Both the position numbers and the translations under genes were made by a program. This document shows, one piece after another, positions 12,552 through 27,560 of a stretch of 64,000 nucleotides of DNA. The DNA is from Lingula anatina. Its lineage: Eukaryota; Animalia; Brachiopoda. The notes beneath the pieces were generated by a model. It was not told the DNA's origin. It was given only the letters and a program-made list of their open reading frames with translations, and did no database searches. Every line of letters starts with the position of its first letter. The stretch's first letter is position 1. The stretch is from contig CM120642.1 of assembly GCA_051362555.1 (NCBI GenBank), positions 20,088,001 to 20,152,000 on the forward strand, read 5' to 3'.

Positions 12552-15500
12552 ATGGCAGCAGAGGTCCAAGCTAAAACCTTCCCCGGGGAGGTATCAGAAA
12601 CATACCCGGAGCCATTTACGACCATCCCCCCTCAACCTGTCGATCCTAAACCAGGGCAACTGACGGAGGAACAACTGAAGTTCTTTTTCAGCGAGGTATC
12701 GTACTACAGTTTGTGTCATTTCTGTCTATGTTTCCCTTTCAACATTTTATCCTACCGTGCTCCGAAGTCGAGATCTTCTAAACCATTTCAGTAATTTAAA
12801 CATTTGTTGCATTCTTAAACAAATTTATCAACAAAAAGATATTTAATCCTTTTCAAATTAATGATATACAAATACACTGTATTAGTAACTCGTATAGGCC
12901 ACCTTTTTGATGAAATTAAATGGACTGTATAATTTATACCTGAAAAGCAACATATGTCTTTGTTCTCACGGATTAAATGCTCTGCGAATATTATAACCGA
13001 CAGCATGCAGAGTGGGATCTAATAATTTTTGAGTTTTTAGAATAGAAAATTATTTTAAGTTAATGACAAAAAAACATTTAATGCAAAAGAGATAAATGCG
13101 TCTACAAATATTAATCACGTTTTTTTTTTTTTCACTTACACATTTTAACTGAAATGTGTTGAATAAAGGGGCAAGTTTCTAAAACGATCCACGCTATGGC
13201 TCTTTAGTGCCGTTTTTACGTCTTTTATGGGTTTTTATACTGGAGAAATATTTGATAATTTTAAAAAATAGTTTTTACCATTTTTTAAAACTTGTACTTA
13301 ACATTTTAAAGTCTGTTGAATATATTTGGATTTTTAATTTTTAATAAATATCATTATTGTTATATCGATGCGCTGGTTTGTAGGGATATTTAGTTGTGGA
13401 TAAGTTTTTCACCTCTGAAGAGTTAGAACCAGTGAAACATGCAGTCGCCGCTCTAGTAGACGGCGTAGCGATGAAACTTTTTAACGCAGGGAAAATAAAA
13501 AGTGAGTTATATTATCTTTCTTTGATGTTGAAAAAATAACATCGAAACAGTTATTCATTATTTAATGTATTGCGCAATTAATGAAATGAGTGTAGTACAA
13601 ATATAACATGTAGTCAATATATAGAAAGTCATGTCTACATTTGGGAATTGCATAGCGTGTGTGTATGCAAGGTGCATGATTCTAACAAAATGGCAAAATA
13701 ACCAATGACGCAAATATATACCCATTCCTACTGTTTATTCATATTATTTCGTAATTGATTTTTTCATTCATTAATTTATTTATAAGACGTGTTTTTCAGC
13801 GTTTTCAGATCAAAATTTTATTTGTTTGCAGAAATCTTTCTATTTTGCTTTTGTGTTGCTTTCTCACTGTAGGTCTTTACACGGAGTACGGTCTGTTTGA
13901 GCGACTTACTAAGTTAGAAGAGGATTTTCCAGGGGCATCTATCGTTATGTTCAAAACTGGAACGTTTCAAAAGGTATCCAAGTGATCAGTGACAAACTAG
14001 TGAAATAAATTAAGGTAGCTAGTAAAGCGTATTAAAAAGTTACAATGTAATATTACACTTTGAAAAACTGTAAGAATGTGTACTTTGCGGGAGACATCCG
14101 CCAATTTAGGTCGTTTTAGTTTTTTCTTACTTTTTATTTTAATCAGCGAACATCAAGTTGACGGCCTTTTCGCCCTTTCTAACCCGCGCCCCCTTTCACA
14201 CACCCACCCACCCACCTGCTCCCCTACAGCTCCAGTCCTTATAAACGGATTAGGCGTTTACTAACACTACCCGCAGATCTTTTAGCACTAACGCGCATAT
14301 TAACAACCAAACCCACGAATAAACGAATAAATGCTCTATGAACAAAAACAAGGACTTTACGGTATTCCTATTTTATAAATTCACTAGGGAAACAGCCCAA
14401 ACAGAGAGGGAAATTAAAGAAAATTTCTTTATTAATAAGTTTAAACCTACATTAAACAGGTAATAGCTGATCCTAAAGCATTGGTAAAAGCAACAATCAA
14501 ATACCCATTTTCAGAGACATCACAATATGTCTTTATGACACAACTTTACATGTAGCAACCAAAATAAACAACCCCCCTGAAGATGCATTAACACCTGTCG
14601 GGGCAAAATAATTGCTGTTCTTTATTTCTTTTTTATCATATATATATATATATGGTCTGGACTTTCTCAGGCGATAGGCGACCTGTGGAGCAACGAACGC
14701 CTGCTGAATATGATGGAGCAACTGGTAGGACCGGATGTGGCGGGCCATCCTGTCTGGAACCTGAGGACCAAGACACCCAAAAATAACCTGTGGACCATCC
14801 CCTGGCATCAAGGTATGGGCATCATGAATTCAACCCTGAAATCTGTGAAAACTAACCACCACTATGTAGTTTCCAGTGGCATACTGACAGTGCAAGCTAG
14901 TTTGCTAGAATCACCGAAACTCGCGGTGTTACTGGGTTATCATACCGAGTTCACTAATGCGTACAGTCATACAGTTTCTACACTCAGCAGAAGCCAGTAC
15001 ACGCTAACACAGTCAACTGATAAAAAGGCACGAATAAAAAATGAAAAATGAATTACTAGATTGATAAATGACATTTAAAAAATATAATTAGATAAATGCA
15101 TAGATTGATAAATAAATGAATAAATGGATTGACTAATTGATTCGTCAATAATAGAAGATACATGTATAATCACTTGCTTTCTGATAATGAAGGAACTATT
15201 TCAAAAGCCGTAATTCGTATTTCCAGACAGTGCCTACTTCAGCAACGACTCGTATGATCATCTGATTCCTACCGCCTGGATCCCGCTCCTGGATACCAAT
15301 GCTCAGAATGGAGGAATGCAGGTTATGTTTGTCCTGGTTGTCCACAGTCCTTCCTGGCAAACACGAAACGTTGTTATCACGTTACCATAACGTTTATATA
15401 ACCAAAGAACGTTATGATTAAGTCCTGTGTTTGCTAGCTATACAAATGTAGGTTAAACCTAACGCTATCTGTCGCCGCACACTCACTCATATTATTAATT

Positions 15501-17575
15501 TTAATGCATTTCACTTTTTAGCTCATTCTGTAAAAAAATAGATTAAAAAAAAAGGACGGAAGCATTTTATGGAAGTTTATTGTTATAATATAAATAAATT
15601 TCATAAAAGTTAAATGCGAAAATTACGTTTCGGTTTCTTTCGCAGGTTGTTAGACGTGCTCACAGGGCGGGGAAAGTAGCCCGCCACACATGTGCCTTCC
15701 AGTCCTCGTGGTACGTTGTATTGGATGAGAAGGACATTGAAAATACATTAGGTAGGTTGTGGAGAATGATCACAGTCATTGTTTTATAACACAGATTACG
15801 AGTCTTAGTATTAGTAGTTAAGGTTGTGTTTTAGTGAATGTAAAATTTGCAGTTTTTGGGAAGATTTGCTTTCATTAATTAATTCATTTTTTTAATATTA
15901 GTTTTCATCACTGTAAAGTTTGTTTATCCAGTTATACGTTGAAGCTCAGATCTGACCATCCTTTCCTTTCCTTTTCTTTCTTTCTTTCTTTTCTTTTTTT
16001 TTTCTTTTTGTAGTTAAAATAATAAAGATACTTATATCGAAAATAAAAAAAGATAATTGATCGCTGCGAAAAAATGTATTCATTCACAAAGTTTGCAGTT
16101 ATACTTATAATTTGATCAGTGCTACAATAGCCTTGAATCACAATCTTTCTCTGTCAGTGACAAAAAAAATTCAAAGTTAAATCTTTGTAAATCAATCTTT
16201 AGGAGTAAATATTCAGGAAGACGTGGTCACGTGTGACGTCCCCTACGGCGGGTTCTTACTTTTCCACAATTTAACTCCGCACAGAAGGTGAGCGCTATAC
16301 CTACACGTTATACTCTTAAAGGGATAATAACTCTTCGTATGAGATCTATATTTAACAATAAAAACATTGTGAATACCTCATAGAAATATAATATATTCTG
16401 TGATACCGCAAAAACGGCAGTTATAGCTATTATTCTGATATCTTAGCTTGTCTTTAGACCACGTGATCACTATTGATGGCTATGCTCTGTTAAAATCTCT
16501 TAAGAGATTTTAACAAAAAACCAACCTTTTTAGAAAAAAAATTAGGGACTAACTTTGCATGTAAAAATGGATTCAATAACCATTGGTAATTATGGGAAAA
16601 TTGTTGTTTACTCCAGGAAAATTCATTTTTTGGCCGATACGAAGAGTTATTATCCTTTAAATATTGGGCAACGAAGAACAAACCTCGTGCTGTTTAAACT
16701 ACAAGATTAATGATTACAGTTAAACCTATCTGTTTTTAATGAAAAGTATGAATATTATCTTTAAGGGAAAATATAAATCCCTGCATATGAAAATGATGAA
16801 TATCATAAGCATAGTTGCGAACTTACACGTATCATTTAGAAATATTTTGTACGTTATTTTGCAATTCTGTACTGGCGTCAACATAATAGGTTTTTCTCCA
16901 TTTCTCAAACATTGCTTACACCACGCTCATTTGTCTTTCGACTTTTTGCTATTTCTTGTTCTATTTAACCTTCCTTTTTCATGTCAACATCTCTCAGTCT
17001 ACCCAACATGTCTTCTCGCATTCGTTGGAGCCTGGATCTTCGCTGGCAGTCGCCGCACCAGAAGTGGGGCTTTTACGACATTGCGGAGGGCATCCTGTTC
17101 CGATCAGTGAGCAATCCACATCTGTCCCCAAACTGGAAGAAATTCTTGTCGGTAAACAGGAAGGAAGCATGGCAGAAGAAGCACCTGCAGAAGGTAAAGT
17201 TAATGTTCTCAAGGCGTACTCTCAAGGGGTGTTTACAGACGAGCTGTATCGCTGTACCGCGGTAGAAGAACGCTGGTTTTATGTTTTAAAGACTAAAAAA
17301 GGGGTAAACAGACTAGAATGAAACGCTGTTTGGTTGAGATTCACAGCAGGCATAGCTTTACAATTTAGGCCGATTTCGATCTAATTTTTGAAATAAAGGC
17401 CAAAAGCCATTCACTGGAATGATGTAGAACGTGTGATAATGAAAATCTTTTTTTTTTTTTTTTTAATTTCCAGTATGAAGAAACGGACGAGTTTGACACA
17501 ACAGTAACAGGGCCTTGGTTTTCAAGGTGGGAAATTACTCACCGCAATCGTCACACGGAAGCATTCCGCAACTGA
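12552..17575 (+). CDS. Phytanoyl-CoA dioxygenase (PhyH)-family Fe(II)/2-oxoglutarate-dependent dioxygenase (PHYHD1-like)
   Basis: Nine phase-compatible exons: 12552-12695, 13384-13501, 13873-13973, 14671-14812, 15227-15321, 15646-15751, 16203-16287, 16998-17193, 17474-17575. Motifs: LTEEQLKFFFSEGYLVV, PWHQD (HxD), AWIPLLDTNAQNGGMQV, LLFHNLTPHRS (distal His), RIRWSLDLRW. Confidence 0.93.
15354..15437. mobile_element. Short MITE-like relic with GCAAACAC/GTGTTTGC inverted ends
   Basis: cctggcaaacac ... gtgtttgctag with internal AACGTT repeats, in intron 5 of the dioxygenase gene. Confidence 0.45.
16320..16656. mobile_element. Kolobok-like non-autonomous DNA transposon (TTAA TSD)
   Basis: TIRs AGGGATAATAACTCTTCGTAT / ATACGAAGAGTTATTATCCT, flanked by TTAA (16316-16319 and 16657-16660). 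A diverged left-end copy is at ~61630-61690. Confidence 0.7.
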
Positions 17576-19355
17576 GTCACCTTCCAAACTATTAGACAAA
17601 CCTCGGTTACTTCTGTATTTTTTTCCAAATACGGAAACTCCCGAGGGAGCCCGAATGAAATGACTCGAACTACGACAGTATATATGGAATTGTCCCAAGG
17701 AATAGACAAAGCAATCGTATATTTTTGCTTCAACTATTGTAATGTGCTAAAAGCAATCAGTCTCTCCTACTGCAATGAGGACCGAGCACAGCCATCACAA
17801 AAGCTTTAATACTAAAATTTTCAGCGTTAATGAATTTACAGATCTATATTTATAGGTATTACTGCTGAAAAGTAGAGTTCAAGTAAACGGAGTAAAGAAG
17901 TGTATTTTCAGGAATACAGAATGAAGCATTGCATGTTTTGATATTTAACGAATTGTGTGAAAATCTTCTGAAACTGAATGAGTAATAAAATCACTACAAC
18001 ATTTGTGGTGCCCTTAAAAACATTACAGTTTACATTCATACTACAGCTGGCAAATAAAAGTAGCGTTTTAAAGATGTCAGACAACTCAAGGAGTTGGTCA
18101 GTCACCGTGAAGTTAAACGATAAAATGTTACAAGAACATGGATGCAACCCTACCAAAACGTCGTTAACCCGGTCAAATATTCCAAAAATACCATACTATC
18201 TACCTAAATAGCTGCCTTATCTCCTTAAATAGCACACTAGCTACCCGATATTACCGCCTTGGCGTTTATTTTTAAGTATCCGGTGTTTACCTTTGAAGAA
18301 TATAGCATGCACAATATATTTATGAATACAAGATATAAAAAATATAATATATTCTGTATGCTATGTGGTGAACCGCAAATACATGTTCCATCTCTATCAT
18401 TTGTCCCTATCTGACAAAATCTCAATGCCTCCATGCGGGTTTACCATGAGAGGTTAATAACGAATACAACAAAACAAAACGAAGGTTTCAGGTAAATTCA
18501 GTGGGTGGATTTACTTAATCGCCTTTAAAGTCGTATTGAATGACGCATTGTCGGATAAAAAGATAGTGTCCTGTAAACTCAATCTGCAATCCTACTTCAG
18601 TAACTTAGGAATTGTAAAAAATAATAAATAATAAGTCATGCTTATTGAAACAGACGCTGCTTTTTTGTAAGATCATGACACGGTTTTCTTGTGCTTTTTA
18701 GCACTACAGACAAGTCCCGGTCAAAAATCACTAAAAACACTTGTCCCCTTGGCGTGGCTTCCCTTGTCTAGAACCAGGTGACGTCACCGGGTAGGGGGAC
18801 TCCGTCGACAGGTAAATTATATCACCAAATGTTCTCGTTATCATTTAAATACCAATAAAGATGATTTTAAAACCAAGATCGCGTTCATGTATACTACATG
18901 TAAAAGTTTCAATTTTAATTTAAAATGATATATTTTTCGTATCACACATTCTTGGCCTGGTTCGAAGAATCAGTGCATTTTACAAATAACGGTTTCATCA
19001 TTCAAGCCCAAGAAATTCGTTCTTGTAATTAGACTTCTGCAATTATGTACACCTATTTATTTCTAGGATGGTTTTCTTTATCATTGTTGTTTTGTTCCTG
19101 CTATTAGTACTGTATAATGTTTGCGTGGGGAGTATTCCATTCGTCATAATAAGAATGGTTATGGAACACACAATGGTTAAATTAAGTACATGTAATCTAA
19201 TAAATAGATAATAGATAAATGAGTTCTTTTTGACCACATGGACTTGGTATTATGTCTATGAGCTTTCTAGTCTCACTGGAAGACTGTCGTCTATTGAGAT
19301 GTTAATAAGGTATTCAAAATCGGTTATTCCTCATCTTTATCAGTTGTCTAGACGG

Positions 19356-19509
19356 CAGGGGCGGATTTAGGCCGTCTTCTGGGTCTTCCGGAAGACGGTC
19401 AGATTTTCAAGTTTACATTGACGGGTATCTGATTTTTCTGTTTGAAGACGATCAAAAATGGAGGATGGATCAACATAGATAATTTGGAAGACTGTCAGAA
19501 AATATCTCC
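19356..19509 (+). mobile_element. Dispersed repeat fragment (terminus of a hAT-like element, CAGGGGCGGATTTAGG end)
   Basis: Aligns by eye over ~150 bp to the reverse complement of 59414-59556 (…gccgtcttctgggtct…gggtatctg…gataatttggaa.actgtcagaaaatatctc). Confidence 0.7.
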
Positions 19510-22500
19510 ATGGACAGGGCTCATGTTGTCTCTTGGTACATGTAAAATAGCACATTTTGCATTTATTACTTTTAGGCAAAGCTCCAAGTATAGTGGTTTC
19601 TACATTGCCCGGTTGAATTTGGCACAGAGTCAAGGGACCGCCAGGCTCATAAGCTGCCCACGCAATTTATACAGCGTAAAATAAGTAAGCGGAGGCCATG
19701 AGTACAAAATGCACCTATGACTAATTAAAGCTATGCCGAAGGAAGTCAGTCAGCGACAGAGTTACTTTGTAATCACACTGGGCCGTTTGAAACATTGTTT
19801 ACTTAAATAAAAGGTATTTTGCAGGTATAGGTAACAGCTGTCTAGGAAATCCCCCTTTGCAAATGCATATGATTCATTCTTACTGACAAATTCTTTTCGC
19901 GGCTTTCCACACACGTTTAAAGTGAACCAAGAACAGGTGTAGATAAAATACATAAGTTAAAAAAGTTATATTCGCTCATCCTTGGCACTATACTAGATCA
20001 TCGGGAATCCAAGGGTCATTAAGACTAAATTCGAACACCTTGACTCTAATTATCGGCTAGTTCTTGAAGCTTTTTCATATCTCGAGGGGGGGGGGGGTGT
20101 TATACGTGTCTATGTGTGTCTCACAATGATCACCAAATTTTTAACGTCCGACCCCCCCCCCACCCCACCCCTAAGTTCCGGGACAAGCAGGTTATTTCTT
20201 TACCTGTGCCCAAAGATAACCGAACCTTCGTGTCTTCATCAAGACACTTGGTTCCTTCCGCGGGGAGCGAGTGGGTTTATCTCGTCACTAAATGTCCTCT
20301 TCCGAAATAATTATGCAAATCTTGGCCATCCGACTCTTCAAATTGACCACGACTGACGGCGGTTTTCGTGATATACAGACAAGCATATTGCGTAAAGCAA
20401 ACCAGAAATCGCTTATTGAATCACTGGACACATAGGGATTTAAGCAAGGAAATTATCATCATTTTATCAATAAAACGTCGCCTCGAAGGGCGTGATTTTG
20501 AAACACAAATACAAGCACTAGGTGAGTTTGTAGGCGGTGGGCAAATTTGGATGACTCGACCTTTCGTAGTTTGCTTTAGATCAAGCCATGACCTCGCGGT
20601 TTTGTCAATGTGTGACCAACCAATTACAAAAGAGGAAATACCGTTTTAAGTGGTTTATTATATTTTATGGGTGGTGAAATGTACCACCGGGAAAGTCAAC
20701 CATGTGTTATTATTTCTTAATGGCACTTTGATCGTACGGATGACTTATATCTTGAATCGGCCAGTAAACTTAATTGTTGAGGTAAAATTCCCGTTGTTTC
20801 TGTCCAGGAAATGCAGACAGAAAGAACATTTATAAAACTGACTTAAATTTCTGTGCTGTCAATCAGTTTAACAGCAAAACATTTTTGACAGTATTAAAGA
20901 TATACTAGAAATTGACCGTCGATCCATAGATATTCCCGATTTGTTTGAATTTTTTTACTGAAAATTATACAGGAAGGAAAAAGCCAATTAGTTAGATAAT
21001 TTCTAATATCTATGAATTAACATATTCCACTTGAATAACACACAAAGAAAAGACGCATTTTGTTATGTGAATTACACAGATAATTTCTTTTATGTTTATT
21101 GCAATTAATTTATTTGGTCAACCATGAAAAAAAAGAGCAAGAAAAAAACATTGAGTGGGAAACAAAAGTTCCGTAATAAATTGCACAACCTCCACTTCGT
21201 ATTAGCAAGGAGTGCCCCTCAAATCATCCTGTGCTACCAACCACGGTGGACATATGACATAATAGCCATGTTCCATGCATGTTTTACTTTCTTACTTAGG
21301 GATGCGTTCATACTGGTCATATCAAGCACCTAGGCCCAGCTTTGAACCGGTTTTAGACTTATTTGAATCAGGTTCACAGTATGACGTTAACATTCAAGTT
21401 TGGCTGTTTGCAATCAACTTCACATCTTATTTAGTTTAACAACAAACTCCTGGTTAGACTACAGCGAAATCTGTATCTTGCGGTCCTCTGGTAATATGAC
21501 ATCATAATGATGAAATCACGTGCCTTATGTTGCAGATACGGGAAAGTTTACTGCTCAAGTTGACTATTTATGTATGCTTGTTACGGAGGTAACTAAGGAG
21601 CACGCGAAACGTTGGTGGTTTTCACAATGTAATGATAGGGACAAGTTTTGTTATGAGAAATTCATCACAGCTTTTTTAACCCCAGAGAGATTCCCTTTGC
21701 TCGTGTTAGCGTTGGAAGAAGTAAAAAATTTGGCAATGAAGTCCATAGTCCTCATATTGAAATACACTAGACACATATGTGAAATGGGCCTATTTCTAAG
21801 AAAATTCACACACATTCCATTTTGTTTTTGTATATTCCATAGTCGCCAATAATCTGAATCTTTTTGAAAAACAATGTTTTTAAACGACGGGAGCGGTAGT
21901 ACCTATATATAGAATGTAGTATTTTTGAACCTTCGAATGCGTGTGCGTTTTCATTCTATGGTAACATATTTGATAACAGCAAGGTAAAATGGCTGTGAAG
22001 TTTTGGTTATCCAAAGCGACAAAATAAATAGCACCATATTTATTGATATTTATATATTAATACATGTAACATAGTTTTAAAAGGAGAGGTACACAGATTC
22101 ATAAGGTGCAGTTGTGGCTGTGCCACTAGTTTGATGTCACACTGCACGCTAGCCTGTAGTGGTCATACCAAGGTTACTGGAAAAGTTATTGGAAAAGTAA
22201 ATTTACAAGCCTTTGCCGTCCCACGTGCGATTGTTCAAGAGGCAAAATAAGAGCTACCATACATATTTTAATGAAACTGAATTTGATCATTCTTTCCAAA
22301 TTGTTATACTTCTATTTCGACGTTTCTTTTAAAGATATGACGAAATTAATGAAATTACGAACCGATTGTAGAATTTAATGCAAAAAAAAAAAAAAAAAAA
22401 AGAAAGAAAGAAAATCGACAATTTTACTGCACTTACCAGTATTTCAAAATGAGCTTTAATATTCATTTTAAAGAACACTTCCTATGTCAGGTGATCGGTT

Positions 22501-25500
22501 ATATGCACCCCTTGCTTTTCCACTTCGAAAGAAAATTTAACTACATGTATGAGCACAAGAACTTACTGCTTTCCCATACTAAGAAAAGAACGGAGTACCC
22601 TTTTGGACTTATATACATTTAAATAATGCAACCAAATGCCAGGAACGGACCGGAAAGTGATAGCAACAATTAAATTTGACAGCCTAAGATTATGCCTGAA
22701 TTGGCTGTTAATCCCGTCACTTCCGTCATAAGCCACATTAAGATACGAAATCTGCACATTCTTGGGCATCTCTAACTCTTAGATATATACATTCCTCTCT
22801 GTCATGACTTCATGGTCATTGCCTCATTCGTCCTCGTGAAGTCACCGACACACAACAATTAAAGCAGGAACTATGCATAGTTATCATTCATAATAATTCA
22901 TACTTATTCGTCTGGTTTTAGCTCATTTAACAACACCTTTTTGATGGTCAACCTCAGTCTGTTTACGGGTCAGGACGGAATTGTTCAGGTCATCTAATGT
23001 CTGCGGTTCTACCCGGTACTGGTCACAGCTTCACATCTTTCACAATTGATGAACGATAGTAATGGAATGCACTCACCCTGTCTGGAGCCTTATTGTTAAT
23101 TGTTTTGAGAACTAAAACCAACGCCATTTAGTTTCACTCTTTTTTGTGTCTACGTCTAATGAAATAAGGACAGTTCAGTTTTCACTGACACATTACATGA
23201 TAGAAAGAATGCACTGGAATATTCAGTTATAAACAGGGACATTCTATGCTTAAAATGTTAGTTGATTTAATAAACTGCCAACTTCAAGGTAATTAGAAGG
23301 GAAGTCACCAGCTCATCTTTAAAAAGTTAAATATTCTTTATTATCGTTTCGTTTAAACAGAATTTTGACGCTACTTTTGTGGAAATTGATTTGAAAAATC
23401 AGTTTGCCCAAATTATGTGGCCAAGTTTCATTGGAAAATGTAAAAATAATTTTGCCATCCCATATATTGAAGTAAAAATGGTATCCTTGGTGACGGGCAT
23501 CTATACAGGGGAAGTTCTTTTTTGCAATGAGAAATAACCTGTGAACAGAGAAAATTGGTAAAATATGCTGAATTTACATCTACAATATCTTTTATACTTA
23601 AATATATTTATTTTTTTACATTCTTTAAATTTTGCAAAATTTCTCTATTTTTCATTCATTTAAAAAACCCTATACTCTTTTCCACTTTTTTTCATTTTAA
23701 AATGTTTCCACATTGACTCACATTCCATACAATTTTTCATATTCATAACTTTTACGTGTTCTTCACAGTATTTGACATTTCTCCGTACATGACTTTCGCA
23801 CGATCTTTTTTTTTTTTTCATATTAAGACTTCCATTTATATTGACCTGCATTCCTGGCCACTGTTTTTATATCAACTTTCTCGACCTTTTGAATTTATTT
23901 GCGACATAAGCGTCCGCCCATAACTTGTAGCTAACGGGGCTCGTGTTATCTATCATCTTTATTATTTTTTTATCGTAATAAGCTATTCTGTAGTTAAGGG
24001 GTAGTGTCTTGCAATGTCAAGCGTACGCAATCTTTTCTCACTGTAGTTCTGTATGACATACATGTATGTAAGAAGTGAAGTTGATAGATGTGTCCTCGTT
24101 TTCCTCTAGATGTAAAAAACAAACTGTGCTGATTTCAATCATATTCAACCTATACTGAGCTCTTTGTCATATTTTGCACGCAGAAAAACATGTCTTGCTG
24201 AATGTTGTTTTTATTTCGTGACGGACATCAATTCCGATACGATCTCTACAGCAGTGAGATCTTACAAGCTTGAACTGAGGCACAACACGCCTTGTCTAGT
24301 TTAGTGAGAATGGCGTTCTGATCACCGCGTTCTTCTGATGAAGAGCTTTCTATTTACAAAAGTTAAAACTGAAAGCGTATAATCTAGTGTAGATCTAAGC
24401 GCGTACAATAAAACATGAAACACAACAACTGCGAAGACTGGAATTCTACATGAAAAAGCGCCCTGCATCCTCAGCGACCCTGGTCGAGGTATGGGCGCGC
24501 TAAACGGGTACAAAAGAAATCCTACCGATAAGGACATACCAGGTTTTTGAATTAGTCCGTTGTATTTGATAAAATCTAACAGAGAGCGACCCTGGGGCTG
24601 GGCAATTAGCCTAAATATCCTCGCATCGCCAACACCGTGACCATTCCTGGCGGCTGCAAGCCTCTTCCGATTTGGGAGGATCTTGACGGAAAACGCCGTG
24701 TTAAATGCCCGCCCACTACCGTTTTCTTCCATGTTCGCCCCTATTTGTCTCAGAAAGGCGTGTTGTAATTATAGTTTGAAATGCATATATTTGCATGGAG
24801 AAATATTAGGCTATTTTCACCTGCCTCTTAACTCGACAGTAGCTTATTTTGTAGACCTTTTTTTTATTATCCAGATTTACTGGAATTATACATGGATTAT
24901 ACATGGATAGTTTACAGCAAGTTCGTGCGACCTAAACAGTTAGCAAGAAACTGTCCGTAGATTGTTGCAAAAAAAATGTTAATGCAAATCGGCTGCAAAT
25001 TTGCAAGAGCATCATTTGTTGCAAGTTTGTAAGAAGTCTATATTTCCTTTCATATTTAAAACAGTTTCTCATTTGCAGGGTAAATTATTTCTCGGAAATT
25101 TGCAGGAATTTTGGGCAACACTTTGCTAAAAGCCCCAAATTTTGCCAAGTAACATATCCTAATAATCTGCCTCTAAAATAATGAAATAAACTTAGCCCAA
25201 ACTCTACTGGAACCAGTTTTACGCCAAGTAAAACTCCCCTTTATGTTGCAGTTTGAGAGTGGAAAAAGATTTTTTTTTGGAAAATTTTACTGAAACAAGG
25301 TGCCTACCCCGTATTGGTGCCGTTTATCCTATTCACATAAGCCTGTTGTGTATTAATGTTTTTTTCAATTTTATCATGTTTTTTCTTTCAATTTTTAGTG
25401 ATCTTTATGAAAAGGGAGATTTCCCTGGACAGGACTAAATACACGCTAGCCCTAAAATAAACAATATCCCTGCGAGTGTCATGGGGAAAATAGTATTAAC

Positions 25501-27438
25501 AGGTGTCAAATTGCCTTGTATGTTATGTTTAAAAAAGGTTTATTATTCATTTTCATTATCATTTAGAGCATATTTGCTCATGGTTTAAATCCAACTGCGT
25601 GACGGGTAGATTGAGTTTGTAGAAACCTTTCGTGAATGTAGTAAAATGAATCGATGGCAAACTTGTTAATGATTTCAAAAGATGAAATCAAGCAATTTTC
25701 ATGACGCGAACTTGAAGACGGGTTTCTTTCTTTTCTAAGACATTTCCGACATACCGCAGCGCAATTCATACATTTCAAAGAAAGGTCATCTCTGGCTTAT
25801 CTGAAATTAAGAACTTCCACGCGCGAAAGATAAAAGATAAACCCGATGACCAGTTACGATTATTATGCCAAAGTAGAGCATCTTATAATGAATCTAAAAT
25901 GCAAGTTGAACGAAAAATTATTAGCTCTGTATAGTCTAAAGTGACATTATAAAGTATCCTGGATAATTTGACGCTGTTGTGTTTCCCTAAAGAGATCGAA
26001 ATTCTGACTATAGAACATTAAAAACAAAAGAAATATCTGGGCCTTCTTTTTGGTGTGTGAAAATTGAATTGAAAATACTTAACTAAAATTAAAATATCAT
26101 ATATCCCTTGGAACAATTGAAATGGGCCTATCTGGGTGATCATAAGCGTTTCGCTACTGACATAAAGAACGCAAATGAGGAATTTAAGACATCAAGTGTC
26201 GATTCTATTCCATGATAATGATGTCTTTACTTTGCAGTTAAGGTATTTTCTCAACTAGATTCGAATATTCAACGACTGTATTCTATTTAAAGAATATCCC
26301 AAGCTTTGTTTTAAGTGTGATCGCGACATTTCGTGTCTCAGATTCAATTTTCGGTTCAGCATCATCAGATAACATCTGTTCACTACACTGGAAGTGGATT
26401 CTGATTCTGATGTTTATTTCGTCAAATCCATGGGTTCGACCTCAAGAGCTGGCAAGATTTCCGCATTTCATCATCTTTGGTAACTGGCAAAGAAACTGAA
26501 ATATAAAAGATTGCAGCAGTCCTATGTCCCTAATGAACATACTGTATGTGTAACATCCAAGTATCATTTCCGCTCAAAAATACATCTCTCTTACGTTTAC
26601 TCTTAGTACGTTAACCGCATATTATGACTTAAAAACTGACACAAACGTCTAGACGCAAGTTAGATGACAGTGGCTGATATCTGCACTACGCCTGTAAAAA
26701 GGGGGTGTAATTTTCATGTTCCATGGTGCGGAGATTATAGCATTGCCTAATGAAGAACCTCCGCACTACATTAAATCTTTCTGGGTCTATAGGCTATCCG
26801 CCCAGTATCAAAGATAAAATCTAGCGACAACCACATAATTAAGACGGGTAAACCCGTCTGAAGTAACCCCAAAATATAATATAACAACGGAGAAAAAAGT
26901 CCTCATCTATACACAGCTATATACCACTGTATCAGATTCTTCTCTGGTGAAAGTTAAGAAATATATTTGGTTCTGCAAACACACAGATCCTTTACCCAAA
27001 GTTTTTAAAACTGAATTAATATATGCACTTGTTTTATTAATCCGTTTGTGCAAGACATCTCTGTAAAAAGTTATGCGAAGAACCAGTATCGCAAAACAGG
27101 GCAGCATAATAGAAGTTTTTTCGGTTAAATCTACATATATATTTCAAATACATTCCTTCTGTTATGTCTGAAAATGATATATATTCATATATGTTATTAG
27201 GGAAATGATTTATCCGTCTACGACAAAAATGCACAGACCCATTCTAATTAAGTGTTCGCTGATTAATTAATCCAACCGCTCTATTACGGCCATGGCGTTG
27301 GCCATGGTTCGTGCCAATAATTATAAGTGAATGTCCACGCACTGCTGCCTTGCGGAATTTCGTTACACTACAATGCTCGCGCGACCCGCTTCGAAATATC
27401 TCAATGAAACCGTCAGATACGTGTCTAACGTCGCGCTC

Positions 27439-27560
27439 ATTTGCATTTGGCCGTATGGGGTGTATATAAGTAGGATAACGGGAACCTTAGCATCACACTC
27501 AGTGTCGAAGGCCATCATCTGGTTTTGTTGGAAAGCAGTCTGAGGCGAACTAAAAAGTGA
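27439..27560 (+). promoter_or_regulatory. Probable core promoter and non-coding first exon of the Pif-like gene (octamer + TATA + Inr-like + splice donor)
   Basis: ATTTGCAT at 27439-27446, TATATAAG at 27463-27470, TCACAC/TCAGTG ~30 nt downstream, donor AAAAA|GTGAGT at ~27556. A matching acceptor tcatttcag ends at 30309, just before the ATG at 30317. Confidence 0.6.

Noticed and set aside
24322-24732. 136-aa minus-strand ORF
   Set aside because: No recognisable motifs and no supporting splice structure.
25650-26520. Stretch with protein-like fragments interrupted by stops (possible decayed gene or transposon ORF)
   Set aside because: No family motif could be recognised by eye. A BLASTX/TBLASTX search would be needed.
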